Assembly: GCA_023150835.1 (NCBI GenBank)
Contig: JAKLKB010000024.1
Coordinates: 4,534-68,533 of the forward strand
Reading direction: 5' to 3'
DNA from: Myxococcota bacterium
Lineage (GTDB): Bacteria; Myxococcota_C; UBA6777
DNA: 64,000 bases
This document shows positions 29,020 to 39,372 of this stretch, piece by piece. The notes below the pieces were generated by a model. The model did not search any database. It worked only from the letters and a program-made list of their open reading frames with translations, and was not told where the DNA came from. Both the position numbers and the translations under genes were made by a program. Position 1 is the first letter of the stretch. Every line of letters starts with the position of its first letter.

Positions 29020-30798
29020 CTATTGGAGTTGCCAGAAGTAGACTTTGCGAGCGCCGCGAGGCTCCATAAAGATCACGGCTTGGATGCGGCGTTGGACACG
29101 ACCGACTTGTCCGACGGCTTCGACGCGAAAGAGGTCGGTGTCGGTGGTGAGGGTGATACCTGTATTGCGGTTCATTGTAAAGCGCGGAAGCTGTTGAGGG
29201 TTGATCTGCTGCTGCATGTTGGTGGCCCCGAGTCCTTGGGTGAGGTTGGAGGGGAGGACGTTGGGATTTTCGCACCAGTTGAAGAAAGCGTTGTCGTCCT
29301 CGAAGCCGAGGTAGTTTCGCCATGTCTCCATTGCTTGGACGAATTGGAGGAAGGCAGGTTGTAGAAAGATGCTTCGATCGAAGGGGGGTTTGGGGACACC
29401 GTGAGCCATGACAAGACCGCGCAGGATGTTGATGTCGGCTTGTTGGATGTTGATCCGCAAGGGGCCGTAAACGGTGAAGAGATGGCCGAAGGTTTGGAAG
29501 AAGATATCGTCCACGCCGTAGATCAAGCGAAGCTCTTTGACCGAGTCGAGATAAGAGTTTTTGGTGTAATAGCCTTTTTCATCGTAGCGGTATTTGGAGT
29601 CTTCGGTGTTGCTGTCTTCGCCAGCGACGCGGTTGTCTGGGTCGATCCAGTCTTGTATGGCGGAGATCTGTTCTTGTCGTGTGATGCGAGTGCCGTCGGC
29701 GCGAGGGTTTTCAAACAGGGGATTGTAGCGTGGTGGGGCAAAGATGGCTTCTAATTGTTTGCGCAAGACCAAGGCTTCACGGGCGCTGTAGAAGTGGTTG
29801 AGATTGAGTTTGGCGCTTTCATCGGTGAGCGTTGCGGAAAAGCGGCCACTAAAATCTCCGAAGGGATAGAGTTGGCCTTGGTCGGTGGTACGGCCTTTGT
29901 CTTTGTCTTCGTCTTTGTTGCGTTTGGCTCGACCAAAAGCACCGCCCGCGATGGACTTGATTAGGTCGGAGTTGACGGGGACGATGCTCCAAAGCTGAAA
30001 GCGATTGAGCAACATGGCGAGTTCGGGGCGTCCACCAAGCATCTGTTTGATGCCTGCTTTGAAGGTGGACTTGATCTTGCGGAACTTGTGTTCAAAGGAC
30101 AGCAAGAGGTGGGTGAATTCGAGGGAGGATCGGGCGAGGTATTCGGCACGCAAGGCATCACGGGAGTTTGCGGCCATTTGAAGTTGGACACGCGCATCGA
30201 ATTGGAGTTCGAGCGTCAGGGAGGTGGCGAGCATCAACAAGCTGAGAACAAGCAAAAGAGCGAGGCCTCGGCTGCGCTTGGCTTGCAAGCCGATCGGCGC
30301 GGAGGGGATCGTGGTTGGGGTGGTGTTGTCGTCATAGGCGGAGGGATGGGGTGTGGAAAGACGGGGGAGAGTGGTTGAAGTGGCCGAAGTGGCGGAGGGA
30401 TGAGTGAGCGTGGTCGAAGTGGCCGAAGTGGCGGAGGGATGAGTGAGCGTGGTCGAAGTGGCGGAGTGATGGGGCGTTGTCGCACGAGCGATGTTGCGAA
30501 GGCGAGGCGAAGGAGCGATGGGGATGCCCCAGAGATGGGTGCGGCGGCGTGGTGGGCGCGTTGTGGAGGCGGAAGCTGTAGGGAGAACGGTGTTTGTTGT
30601 GGAGGCGGAAGCTGTAGGGAGAAAGGCGGTTGTTGTGGAGGCGGAAGCTGTAGGGAGAACGGTGTTTGTTATCGAGGCGGAAGCTGTAGGGAGAACGGTG
30701 TTTGTTATCGAGGCGGAAGCTGTAGGGAGAACGGTGTTTGTTGTGGAGGCGGATATCGTGGGTGGGTGGGTGGGGGAGGTGTATTTGTTTTGGGGCAT
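29020..30798 (-). CDS. gspK: Type II secretion minor pseudopilin K; the mature-like N-terminus KRSRGLALLLVL suggests the true start is near 30288 (TTG), with the upstream part encoded by tandem repeats
   Basis: GspK-like RGxALLxVL N-terminus and large periplasmic body. Confidence 0.6.
   Translation of the reverse strand: MPQNKYTSPTHPPTISASTTNTVLPTASASITNTVLPTASASITNTVLPTASASTTTAFLPTASASTTNTVLPTASASTTRPPRRRTHLWGIPIAPSPRLRNIARATTPHHSATSTTLTHPSATSATSTTLTHPSATSATSTTLPRLSTPHPSAYDDNTTPTTIPSAPIGLQAKRSRGLALLLVLSLLMLATSLTLELQFDARVQLQMAANSRDALRAEYLARSSLEFTHLLLSFEHKFRKIKSTFKAGIKQMLGGRPELAMLLNRFQLWSIVPVNSDLIKSIAGGAFGRAKRNKDEDKDKGRTTDQGQLYPFGDFSGRFSATLTDESAKLNLNHFYSAREALVLRKQLEAIFAPPRYNPLFENPRADGTRITRQEQISAIQDWIDPDNRVAGEDSNTEDSKYRYDEKGYYTKNSYLDSVKELRLIYGVDDIFFQTFGHLFTVYGPLRINIQQADINILRGLVMAHGVPKPPFDRSIFLQPAFLQFVQAMETWRNYLGFEDDNAFFNWCENPNVLPSNLTQGLGATNMQQQINPQQLPRFTMNRNTGITLTTDTDLFRVEAVGQVGRVQRRIQAVIFMEPRGARKVYFWQLQ
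30300..30790. repeat. Two tandem-repeat blocks (~39-bp x3 at 30360-30480; 36-bp x6 at 30560-30780) upstream of, or within the 5' end of, gspK
   Basis: Direct reading. Confidence 0.75.
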
Positions 30799-30813
30799 GG
30801 TGTGGGCCTCGTT

Positions 30814-31581
30814 TTATTGGCGTTGAAGTGCGCCTTGCATCACGACGCGGGTACGGGTGAGGAAGGTGGTTTCTTCGCCGCTGGGGTCGGCGACGGTGAG
30901 TTTGATCTCGATGAGGGAGGGCATGATCACACGTCCGACGTTGTTTCCGATGCGTCCGCCGAACTCGACTTTTGTGGTGTCCCAGTTGTCGATCCAGTCA
31001 TTTTTGCGTTTGTCCCAAAAGCGGAAGGTCAAGCGTTTGACGCGCTCAAGCATGACATAAGCGACACCGCCGCGTTCGGGTTCGTGGTTGATGACGGGGT
31101 TGACGCGGCGCAGGAGCAGGTGGACTTTGGGGTCTTTGGGGCTGGGTTTGCCGTAATACTCGACGATGGCTTGGTCGGACTCACGGGCATTTCGGACCAT
31201 GCGGACATGGGAGAAGGTGGAGAACAAGAGTCGGCTGACGGGGGCGTCGGGAGTGCTGCGAACGAGGGTGAGGGGGATGCGGCTGAGGTCGGTGACGGCG
31301 CTCCCGGGGATGCTGACATAGGTCATGGCGATCTCACGGGCCATACGGTCGAGGACGACGCGAGCGCCGTGGTAGCGGTCGTTGATCTCGCCGATGGTTT
31401 CGCGGGCATTTTGAGTGCGAGCGATCACGCCGATGGTCGCGACGCCAAGCATACCGATCAGAAAGACGCTGATCATGATCTCCAACAAAGTCATCCCGGC
31501 TTGGGCGCGATAGAGTCGGAGGGATGGCCGAGATCGGTGAGGGATCAAGGGGTGGATTGTTGGTTGTTTTTGTCGGGGCAT
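30814..31581 (-). CDS. gspJ: Type II secretion pseudopilin J
   Basis: Prepilin-type N-terminus ...G|MTLLEIMISVFLIG. Confidence 0.6.
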   Translation of the reverse strand: MPRQKQPTIHPLIPHRSRPSLRLYRAQAGMTLLEIMISVFLIGMLGVATIGVIARTQNARETIGEINDRYHGARVVLDRMAREIAMTYVSIPGSAVTDLSRIPLTLVRSTPDAPVSRLLFSTFSHVRMVRNARESDQAIVEYYGKPSPKDPKVHLLLRRVNPVINHEPERGGVAYVMLERVKRLTFRFWDKRKNDWIDNWDTTKVEFGGRIGNNVGRVIMPSLIEIKLTVADPSGEETTFLTRTRVVMQGALQRQ

Positions 31582-32207
31582 GTTCCGGGATTCCCTGTCT
31601 GCTCGTCAAAGCAGAAAAAGTGTGTGACCACACGGACATCTTGGTTTTGTTTGCCATCTTGCCATTTGACGACGACTTCGAGTTCGCGGAGGGCTTCTTG
31701 GAGTTGCTCGAAGATCACCTTCATTTGGGACTGGATCATGCCGGAAAAGGGGCCGAGCATACCTGCGATACCGGAGGGATCGGCATTTTGCATCGGTACA
31801 CCGAGGCTTCCCATCAGAGAAGAGGCTTGTTTGGCTTTGGCTTCGGGGTCGTCGTCGGGACTGCCGCCAAGTCCGGGGATATCGTTGGGGGTGGCGAACT
31901 CCACGCGCTTGATGCAGTAGCGCCAAGTGAAGCGGCGAAACTCTTTGCCTTCTTTTTCGAAGTCCCCGTCTTTGCAGGAGCTTTTGGAGAGTCCAAAGTT
32001 GGTGCGTCCATCTTCGATCTCTTGGATCAGTTCGGCCATGCGAGCGCGGGCAAGCTGTGTGGCGGAGGTGAGATCGCGTGCGTAGACGGTCATCAAGGAG
32101 CTTCCGCCTTGGGAGTCAAGGATCACCATCATGCCCATCGAAAGGATCGCGACGGCGATCATGACTTCGAGGAGGGAGAAGCCCGCTTGTTTACTTGCGG
32201 ATATCAT
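31545..32207 (-). CDS. gspI: Type II secretion pseudopilin I
   Basis: MISASKQAG|FSLLEVMIAVAIL prepilin leader. Confidence 0.6.
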   Translation of the reverse strand: MISASKQAGFSLLEVMIAVAILSMGMMVILDSQGGSSLMTVYARDLTSATQLARARMAELIQEIEDGRTNFGLSKSSCKDGDFEKEGKEFRRFTWRYCIKRVEFATPNDIPGLGGSPDDDPEAKAKQASSLMGSLGVPMQNADPSGIAGMLGPFSGMIQSQMKVIFEQLQEALRELEVVVKWQDGKQNQDVRVVTHFFCFDEQTGNPGTCPDKNNQQSTP

Positions 32208-32910
32208 CGTCGTCTCCTTTGTTCATGCGTGCGTAGGAGTCGCGCAGATCGAGTTTTTTGTTGTGGACGGTGACGTGACCCGTCAGGGGTTTGACTTCGA
32301 GGGAAAAGACGGTTTTGCCGGAGTCTTGGAGGTAGATCACGGCGCGTTCGCAGTATCCGAGTGGAAAGCAGTGGAGATAGACGTAGCGGGGGCCTTGTTT
32401 TTTGGAGTACGGCTCTTTTTGGTGGGCGACATAGATCGACTCAAAGGACACGTCGGTGGGGAGTTTTCGGGTTTTAAGCAAGCTACCATTGAATTCGGCG
32501 AAGGTGGCTTTTTTGACTTCGAGAGAGATGGGGGGTTCTTCGCCCCAAAAGCTTTGTTGGACGGTGGGAGTGGGCGTTTGTTGTTTGGCCTCGTCTTGGC
32601 GCTTTTTTTCGGCGTCGTCTTCTTTCTTTTTGGCCTGTCTTGCGGTGGATTGCTCGCTATCGATCAGGCATTCGCCATCGGTGGAGGCTTCGACTTTGTA
32701 GGTGTCTTTGTGGAGGTCGAAGACAAGGCGCATACACAAGCCTTTGAGGGTGGCTTGGTGGTGGAGGTAGCGCAGGGTGCCAGAGAGTTTGGTGGAGGCT
32801 TCGCGGAGGCGCATGTGCGTTAGGTTGTTGTAGGCAGGGATAGAGACGCCCATGATCAAGCCGATGATGACGAGGGTGATCATGATCTCCATGAGTGTCA
32901 TCCCACGCAT
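32191..32910 (-). CDS. gspH: Type II secretion pseudopilin H
   Basis: MRG|MTLMEIMITLVIIGL prepilin leader at the internal Met. Confidence 0.6.
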   Translation of the reverse strand: MRGMTLMEIMITLVIIGLIMGVSIPAYNNLTHMRLREASTKLSGTLRYLHHQATLKGLCMRLVFDLHKDTYKVEASTDGECLIDSEQSTARQAKKKEDDAEKKRQDEAKQQTPTPTVQQSFWGEEPPISLEVKKATFAEFNGSLLKTRKLPTDVSFESIYVAHQKEPYSKKQGPRYVYLHCFPLGYCERAVIYLQDSGKTVFSLEVKPLTGHVTVHNKKLDLRDSYARMNKGDDDDIRK

Positions 32911-33004
32911 CGTCCGAAGAGATGGTCGAAGTGTGTTTGGAAGAAGTGTGGGCTGTTGCATGGGGCGTCCTTGGGTGCGGAGGTTTGGAGTGAAGGGAGG
33001 CGGA

Positions 33005-33451
33005 TCACTCTTTTTCGCAGCGGATATCTTTGGTGTTGTACTCGGTGCCACCTTCTTTTCCATCGGAGCCGAGGGAAAGCACGTCGGGGGAGTTGGGGTT
33101 GGTGAGGCTCGGGTTGCGGTAGAAGTAGTCGAAGTTCCAAGGATCTTTGGGGATCTTGCGACCAGCCCACGTTCCCGAAGTGACGAGGGCGTTGAGTCCT
33201 TCGCTGTTGGAGGGGTACGATCCTTTTTTCAAACGGTAGAGTTGAAGGGCTTTTTCGATGTTGCAGACTTGGGAGCGTGCGATCTCGATCTTGCTTTCTT
33301 CAAAGTAGCGGATCAAGCGGACACCTGCGAGGGTTCCGATCAATCCGATGATCACAACAACAACCATGATCTCGATCAAGGTCATCCCGCGCTGTGTGCG
33401 GCGTTTTTGGAGGTTTTGGGGTTGGGGCTTTGGCATGGGCATCGGTTTCAT
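33005..33451 (-). CDS. gspG: Type II secretion major pseudopilin G
   Basis: QRG|MTLIEIMVVVVIIGLIG and the conserved GspG body (GSYPSNSEGLNAL, PKDPWNFDYFYR). Confidence 0.75.
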   Translation of the reverse strand: MKPMPMPKPQPQNLQKRRTQRGMTLIEIMVVVVIIGLIGTLAGVRLIRYFEESKIEIARSQVCNIEKALQLYRLKKGSYPSNSEGLNALVTSGTWAGRKIPKDPWNFDYFYRNPSLTNPNSPDVLSLGSDGKEGGTEYNTKDIRCEKE

Positions 33452-33656
33452 TCGAGGAGCGCTCCTTTCGGAAGGTTGGACTCGCACGGTGTGGCGAGGT
33501 TCGCCGAGGTCGGCATATCGGAGGACATAGGCCAAAGGGCTGAACGGTGTGGAGGATCAGCCTCGGATGGCGTATTTGAGAACAGGGACCAAATGGCCGA
33601 TGTATGGGGCTGCTCATCCATGTGTGGGGATGGTCAGCCATGTGTGTTGTGGTCGA

Positions 33657-34925
33657 TCATCCACGTATGGCGTTATTGAGCTGCATAATGGGCATCATGA
33701 TACTCATGATGATAAAGCCGACGACAACGGCCATGGCGACGAGGATCAAAGGTTCGAGCAAAGAAGTGAGTTGTTGGACACGGGTTTCGACTTGGGATTC
33801 GTAGGCGACGGCGACGTGACCGAGCATCTCTTCGAGGTGTCCGCTGCGTTCGCCGATGGTGATCATATGCCCGACGATCGGGTCAAATTCGCCGCTGCGT
33901 TTGAGAGGGACAGCGAGGGATTCGCCTTCGCGGACGTTGTCACGGGCGTCTTCGATGACTTTGGCGAGGACGGTGTTTCCGACGATGGTCTTGACGATAT
34001 CCATCGCGGCAAGCATCGGAACACCGGAGGAAAGCAAGGTGGCCATGGTACTGGCAAAGCGGGAAGTGGCGACCATGCGGACAAGGCCACCAAAGATCGG
34101 GACACGCAAGACAAATCGGTCATAAGCGGCGATGCCTTTATCGGTCTTGAGGTAGCGTCGTAAGGAGTAGATGCCAAAGCCGATCAAGGGAAAGACGATA
34201 AACCAGTACGAGCTCATCAGGTTGCTGACGGTGATCAGGGCTTGGGTGTAGACGGGGAGTGTGGCGTTGATATCTTCGAATAGCTTGGTGATCTTGGGGA
34301 CGACGAAGGTCATCAGGATGATGACGATCAAGACGCCAACGCCCGACATGACGGCAGGATAGACGAGAGCGCCCGAGACTTGGCGGCGCAGAGCCATCTG
34401 TTTTTCGTTGAATTCGGCGAGGCGATAGAGGACTTTTTCGAGAGCGCCAGCGGATTCACCAGCGCGGACCATGTTGACATAGAGGTTATCGAAGGCAGCG
34501 GGATGTTCTCGCAAGGCTTCGGCGAGTGGGGTGCCTTCGTTGACGCGCTCTTTGATCTGGGAAAGGATGCGTTTGAATTTTTCGTTGTCGGTCTGATCGG
34601 TGAGTGCGGTCAGGCTTTCGACGAGGGGGATGCCTGCGTTGGTCAGGGTCGCAAGTTGCCGAGTGAAGAGGGCGATCTCTTGGAGGGTGACGCGCTGGAA
34701 ATACTTGGCGAAGTCGATCTCTTTGTTGAGCAGGCCATCGGATTTTTTTTCATTGCCGACCAGCTTCTTTTTGTCGACGGTGCCCGCTTTGCTTTCGTAG
34801 AGGTCGGTAAGAAAGATGCCTTCTTTGCGCAAGAGGGTTTTGAGCATACGGGGGTTGTCGGCTTCTTTGACGCCCTTGACCGTCTTTCCTTGCTGATTCA
34901 GTCCTTTGTACTCATAAGCGGGCAT
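33657..34925 (-). CDS. gspF: Type II secretion inner-membrane platform protein F
   Basis: Two GspF repeats; three TM segments. Confidence 0.8.
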   Translation of the reverse strand: MPAYEYKGLNQQGKTVKGVKEADNPRMLKTLLRKEGIFLTDLYESKAGTVDKKKLVGNEKKSDGLLNKEIDFAKYFQRVTLQEIALFTRQLATLTNAGIPLVESLTALTDQTDNEKFKRILSQIKERVNEGTPLAEALREHPAAFDNLYVNMVRAGESAGALEKVLYRLAEFNEKQMALRRQVSGALVYPAVMSGVGVLIVIILMTFVVPKITKLFEDINATLPVYTQALITVSNLMSSYWFIVFPLIGFGIYSLRRYLKTDKGIAAYDRFVLRVPIFGGLVRMVATSRFASTMATLLSSGVPMLAAMDIVKTIVGNTVLAKVIEDARDNVREGESLAVPLKRSGEFDPIVGHMITIGERSGHLEEMLGHVAVAYESQVETRVQQLTSLLEPLILVAMAVVVGFIIMSIMMPIMQLNNAIRG

Positions 34926-35008
34926 AATCCAAACCTTTGTGATGGCGAGGAGATCGTTTTGTCGCCTTTGTGTGTGCGCAGGTCACGGGAGATCGGGTGG
35001 TTTTGAGA

Positions 35009-36802
35009 TCAGTCGCGGTCTTCGGAGGTGACGCGGCTGATCTCTTCGATGCTGGTGATGCCTTGGAGAACTTTGCGAGCGCCGTCATCGCGGAGGGTGA
35101 GCATACCTTTTTGGACGGCGACTTGTTTGATGCGGCCGGAGGGTTCGCTGCGCATGACAAGAGAGCGGATATCGTCATCCATGAGCAAGAGTTCGTAGAT
35201 GCCTGAACGACCGCGATATCCTTTGTGGTTACATTCAGAGCATCCGTTTTCTTTGGGCTGATAGACGGTGTGGTGAGCGAGATCTTGGGGTCGGATGCCG
35301 ATCTGTGCAAGCTCCGAAGGAGTGGGGGTGTAAGGTTGTCGACAATGCTTGCAGAGTCGGCGCACGAGACGTTGAGCGAGGACACCGATGACAGCGGAGG
35401 AAACGAGGAAGGGTTCGATCTGCATATCGATCAGTCGGGTGAAGGCGGTGGCGGCGTCGTTGGTGTGGAGGGTGGTAAAGACCAAGTGTCCTGTGAGAGA
35501 GGCTTGGATGGCGATCTCGGCGGTTTCGCGGTCACGGGTTTCACCGATCAAGATGACATCGGGGTCTTGGCGCAAGAAGGCGCGTAGTCCTGTGGCGAAG
35601 GTGAGTCCGATCTTGCTGCTGACTTGCATCTGTCCGATGCCTTGGAGTTGGTATTCGACGGGATCTTCGACGGTGAGGATGTTTTTGTCGGGGGAGTTGA
35701 TCTTGCTGAGCGCAGAATAGAGGGTGGTGGTTTTTCCTGAGCCGGTGGGGCCTGTGACGAGGATGATGCCGTGGCTGCGGTAGAGCAGGCGTTCAAAGCC
35801 TTCGCGCATATCTTCGGAGAAGCCGATCTGATCGAGGTCAAGGAGGACGTTGGATTTGTCGAGGAGTCGGAGGACAGCGCGTTCACCGTGTCCGGTGGGG
35901 ATGGTGGAGACACGCAGGTCGATATCTTTGCCTGCGCTTTTGAGGCGGATGCGTCCGTCTTGAGGGAGGCGTTTTTCGGCGATATCGAGTTTTGCCATGA
36001 TCTTGATACGGGCGGCGATATGGGCTTGTGCGCGTTTGGGGACGGAGGCGACTTCTTGGAGAACGCCATCGATGCGAAAGCGGACTTTGACTTCTTTTTC
36101 AAAGGGTTCGATATGGATATCGGAGGCTTTTTCTTTGATGGCGCGGTAGATCAGGGTGTTGACGAGGCGGATCACAGGGGCTTCGTCATCGGATGCGTCC
36201 AAGAGGTCCATCGCTTCGTCAAGATCGTCAAGTTCGTCTTTTTGTTTTCCGACGTCTTCGAGTTCTTCTTGAGCGCCGTCAAGTCCGAAGTTTCCACGTG
36301 CGATATCGTAGGCTTGGTTGATGACGTTGAGGAGTTTTTGTTTGGGGTAAAGCAGGGGGATGGGTTCGGCGTGGAAAAGAAGCTGGATCTGGTCGAAGGT
36401 TTCGAGGTCATAGGGGTCAGCGCAGGCGAGGGTGATACAGCCGTCTTCGAGTGAAAGAGGGAGGACACAGGCTTGTTTCGCGAAGGCGATGGAGATGCGT
36501 TCAAGTAGCGAAACGTCGATTTGTCGGGGATCGATGTGTGTGGCGTAGGGGATATCGAGTTGTTCGCTGCGAGCGATCAAGAGTTCTTCTTCGGAGACGG
36601 CTTTGAGGGAGATCAAGATATCTTCGAGAGGCTCGCCGCGTTCGAGGACGAGGGCTTCGGCTTGGGCGAGCTTTTCGGGGTCGAGCACTCCACGACGCAC
36701 AAGGATCAGCTCGAAGGGGAGGTTGACGAGCGCGCCCATCGGAAGGGAAGACATCTGCGTGTGTTCGCCGAAAGAAGAGGGGGTTTGCGATGTCGAAGTC
36801 AT
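35009..36802 (-). CDS. gspE: Type II secretion ATPase E
   Basis: Walker [13 protein letters not shown], Asp box, His box, tetracysteine motif. Confidence 0.85.
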   Translation of the reverse strand: MTSTSQTPSSFGEHTQMSSLPMGALVNLPFELILVRRGVLDPEKLAQAEALVLERGEPLEDILISLKAVSEEELLIARSEQLDIPYATHIDPRQIDVSLLERISIAFAKQACVLPLSLEDGCITLACADPYDLETFDQIQLLFHAEPIPLLYPKQKLLNVINQAYDIARGNFGLDGAQEELEDVGKQKDELDDLDEAMDLLDASDDEAPVIRLVNTLIYRAIKEKASDIHIEPFEKEVKVRFRIDGVLQEVASVPKRAQAHIAARIKIMAKLDIAEKRLPQDGRIRLKSAGKDIDLRVSTIPTGHGERAVLRLLDKSNVLLDLDQIGFSEDMREGFERLLYRSHGIILVTGPTGSGKTTTLYSALSKINSPDKNILTVEDPVEYQLQGIGQMQVSSKIGLTFATGLRAFLRQDPDVILIGETRDRETAEIAIQASLTGHLVFTTLHTNDAATAFTRLIDMQIEPFLVSSAVIGVLAQRLVRRLCKHCRQPYTPTPSELAQIGIRPQDLAHHTVYQPKENGCSECNHKGYRGRSGIYELLLMDDDIRSLVMRSEPSGRIKQVAVQKGMLTLRDDGARKVLQGITSIEEISRVTSEDRD

Positions 36803-36852
36803 GGGGGCTCCTTTGTAAGCAACGGAGAAAGATATCCACGAGTGCAGCAGCG

Positions 36853-39366
36853 TTAAGGGGCTGTGGTCTTGGGTGAAGAGTTTGCGTTGTTTTTCTTTTC
36901 GTTGTTGTCGTTTTGAGCGGGGGAGAGGCCTTTGTTTTGCATCTCTTTGGCATCGGCATCGGCTTGTTTGAGACGGGCATCGACGCGCTCAAAGATGCCG
37001 GGTACACGGTCTTCACGGACATAAGGTTTGACGTTTGCGCGGGTGTAGGCGTAAAACCGCTCAAGGAACTGTTGTCGTTCTTCCATTTTTTTGCGAAAGA
37101 TCTCGCGGAAGTCGTGCATACTGGTGATGACGTAGGGGGTCATAAAGACGAGTAGATTGCGCTTTTCGACGACGCGGTTTTGGACGCGAAACAGCGCGCC
37201 AAGTAGCGGGATATCGCCGAGTACAGGGACTTTGGAAGAGCCGTTGGTGAGTTTGTCGCGGATCAGGCCACCGATGACGATGGTTTGTCGGTCTTTGGCG
37301 AGGACAACGGTTTTGATCTTGCGCTTTGCGGTGGTGGGTCCGAGTTCGGGGTCTTGGGCGGCGAGTTCGGTGAGTTCTTGTTCAAAGTCGATGCGGATGT
37401 AGGAACCTGCGTCGATCTGGGGTTTGAGTTTGAGTGTGAGAGCGACGTCTTGGCGTTGGATGTTTCGGATGGCTGGGACGCCAGCGACGCCACCTGTAAA
37501 GGTGGTTCCTGCGATGAAAGGGACGTTTTGGCCGACTTGGAGGGTGGCTTCTTCGTTGGCGGTGGTGAGGATGTGTGGGGTCGAGATCACGTCGACATCG
37601 CTGTTGCTTTGGAGGGCGCGTAGGAGGACGCTAAAAGAAGGGAGGCCGATGGCGCTATTGCCAAAGAGTCCGGCAGTTCCGGGGACTTGAGCGCCTTGGA
37701 GTCCAAAGGCAAGGCCGGTGAGGGCGGAGGGGTCGAGGACGAGGCTGTTTTGCCCGCCGAGTTGTGTACCGAGCAGGCCGACGGTGGGTTGGGCGGTATC
37801 GCCTGTGAGGTTGTTTCCGAGGCTAAAGGTCAGTCCGAGATCGCGACTTTTGTCGACGCTGACTTCGAGGATGACGATCTCGACGAAGACTTGTTTGCGA
37901 GCGATATCAAGTTGTTGGATGATGCGGCTAAGGCTTTCATAATCGCGGCGACTGGCAACGATCACAAGGGAGTTGGTGGCTTTGTCGGCGGTGATCTTGA
38001 CTTCGCCTTCAAAGAGCTCGGAGGCTTTCTTTTGTCCGATAGAACGGCGGGGAGTGCGTGCGCGGTTGGCGGTGCCTTGGGTGAGTTGGGAGAGCGTTTG
38101 AGCGAGTTCGTCAGCGGTGGCGAACTTGAGGTTGTAGACGCGGATCTGTCCGTCGTCAGGGATGGCGATATCGAGGTCGTTGACGAGTTTGGTGACGCGC
38201 TTGAGTGCGCGGGGATTGCAGAGGACGATGATCTGGTTGGTGCGTTCGTCGGCGACGATCTTGGTGATGCGGTTGGGATCGCCAGAGTCGTCGGCGGAAG
38301 TTGCGGGAGAGACGGGGCTTGAGGGTCTGGGAGAGCGGATGGTTCGGACGATGCGAACGGGGCGGATGTGGGCGGGTTGAGCGCCGACTTGGAAGAGTTG
38401 TTGGACGCGAGAGGCGATCTCTTGGGCTTGGGCATAGCGGACTTGGAGGATGTAGAGTTGGTCTTTGGTGGCGGCTTGTTCGATATCAAGAGAGCGCAGT
38501 AGCGCAACAACACGCCGGATGTTGGGGCCGTAGTCGGTGATGATCAGAACGTTGCTTCCTTGGTAGGGGAAGACAGAGCCAGCGGTGACGAGTTGGCGGA
38601 TCAGGCCGGAGATCTGGTTGGGATCGAGGAACTTGAGTCGATAAAGATAAGTGACCATCTCGTCGCGGGTGGGGACAGATCGGAGGTTTTCGTTGGTGAT
38701 GGTGGTGATGGGGCTTTGTCGGGCGGTGGTGTCGGGGATGATCTTCCAGAAGCGGCCTACACGCAGGGCGATCATTTGATTTTCGCGCAGGGCGGTAAAG
38801 AAGGCTCGGTAGGCATCGCTGAGAGGGACCTTGGATGGGGAGATGATGTGGAGCGGGCGGCCTCGGACTCTGTCGCTGACGATAAAGTTTTGGCAGGTTT
38901 GTTTGGCGATCAGTTTCACGACATCAAGAACAGAACCGGCCTTTAAGTTGAATGCGACTGGGTGTTTCCATTTGGGTTTTAGGCAGTTGTCGTCGCTGGT
39001 TACGCGGGTGGTTCCGGCGTTGTCGTTGCCGCCGAAGAGCGGAGAGGGGGCAGGTCCACCGAGGCGGAGGTTGCCGGGGCGAAAGCGGCGAGGGCGGCGG
39101 GGCTTGCGTTGTGCAACGCGGTATCGGCGAGGTGTGAGCGCAGAGCGATATCGTTGTGTGAGGGGGGGGTTGCGTGGAGTGTTGGTAGAGCGTGGGTGAG
39201 GCAAGGGAGCGCCGAGGGCCGAGGGAGAGCCGATCCCTGATAAGCCGACGGAGAGGCAAAAGGACACCGCGATCCAACGGGTGAAGGGGCGAGTGAAAAG
39301 TTGAGGGAGAACACGAGCGATAAACATCCGATCTCTCTTTTCTCGGGGTTGGTGTCTTCTCGGCAA
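36853..39366 (-). CDS. gspD: Type II secretion secretin D
   Basis: N0-N3 domains plus C-terminal secretin domain; signal peptide. Confidence 0.85.
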   Translation of the reverse strand: MPRRHQPREKRDRMFIARVLPQLFTRPFTRWIAVSFCLSVGLSGIGSPSALGAPLPHPRSTNTPRNPPLTQRYRSALTPRRYRVAQRKPRRPRRFRPGNLRLGGPAPSPLFGGNDNAGTTRVTSDDNCLKPKWKHPVAFNLKAGSVLDVVKLIAKQTCQNFIVSDRVRGRPLHIISPSKVPLSDAYRAFFTALRENQMIALRVGRFWKIIPDTTARQSPITTITNENLRSVPTRDEMVTYLYRLKFLDPNQISGLIRQLVTAGSVFPYQGSNVLIITDYGPNIRRVVALLRSLDIEQAATKDQLYILQVRYAQAQEIASRVQQLFQVGAQPAHIRPVRIVRTIRSPRPSSPVSPATSADDSGDPNRITKIVADERTNQIIVLCNPRALKRVTKLVNDLDIAIPDDGQIRVYNLKFATADELAQTLSQLTQGTANRARTPRRSIGQKKASELFEGEVKITADKATNSLVIVASRRDYESLSRIIQQLDIARKQVFVEIVILEVSVDKSRDLGLTFSLGNNLTGDTAQPTVGLLGTQLGGQNSLVLDPSALTGLAFGLQGAQVPGTAGLFGNSAIGLPSFSVLLRALQSNSDVDVISTPHILTTANEEATLQVGQNVPFIAGTTFTGGVAGVPAIRNIQRQDVALTLKLKPQIDAGSYIRIDFEQELTELAAQDPELGPTTAKRKIKTVVLAKDRQTIVIGGLIRDKLTNGSSKVPVLGDIPLLGALFRVQNRVVEKRNLLVFMTPYVITSMHDFREIFRKKMEERQQFLERFYAYTRANVKPYVREDRVPGIFERVDARLKQADADAKEMQNKGLSPAQNDNNEKKNNANSSPKTTAP

Positions 39367-39372
39367 AGGGGC

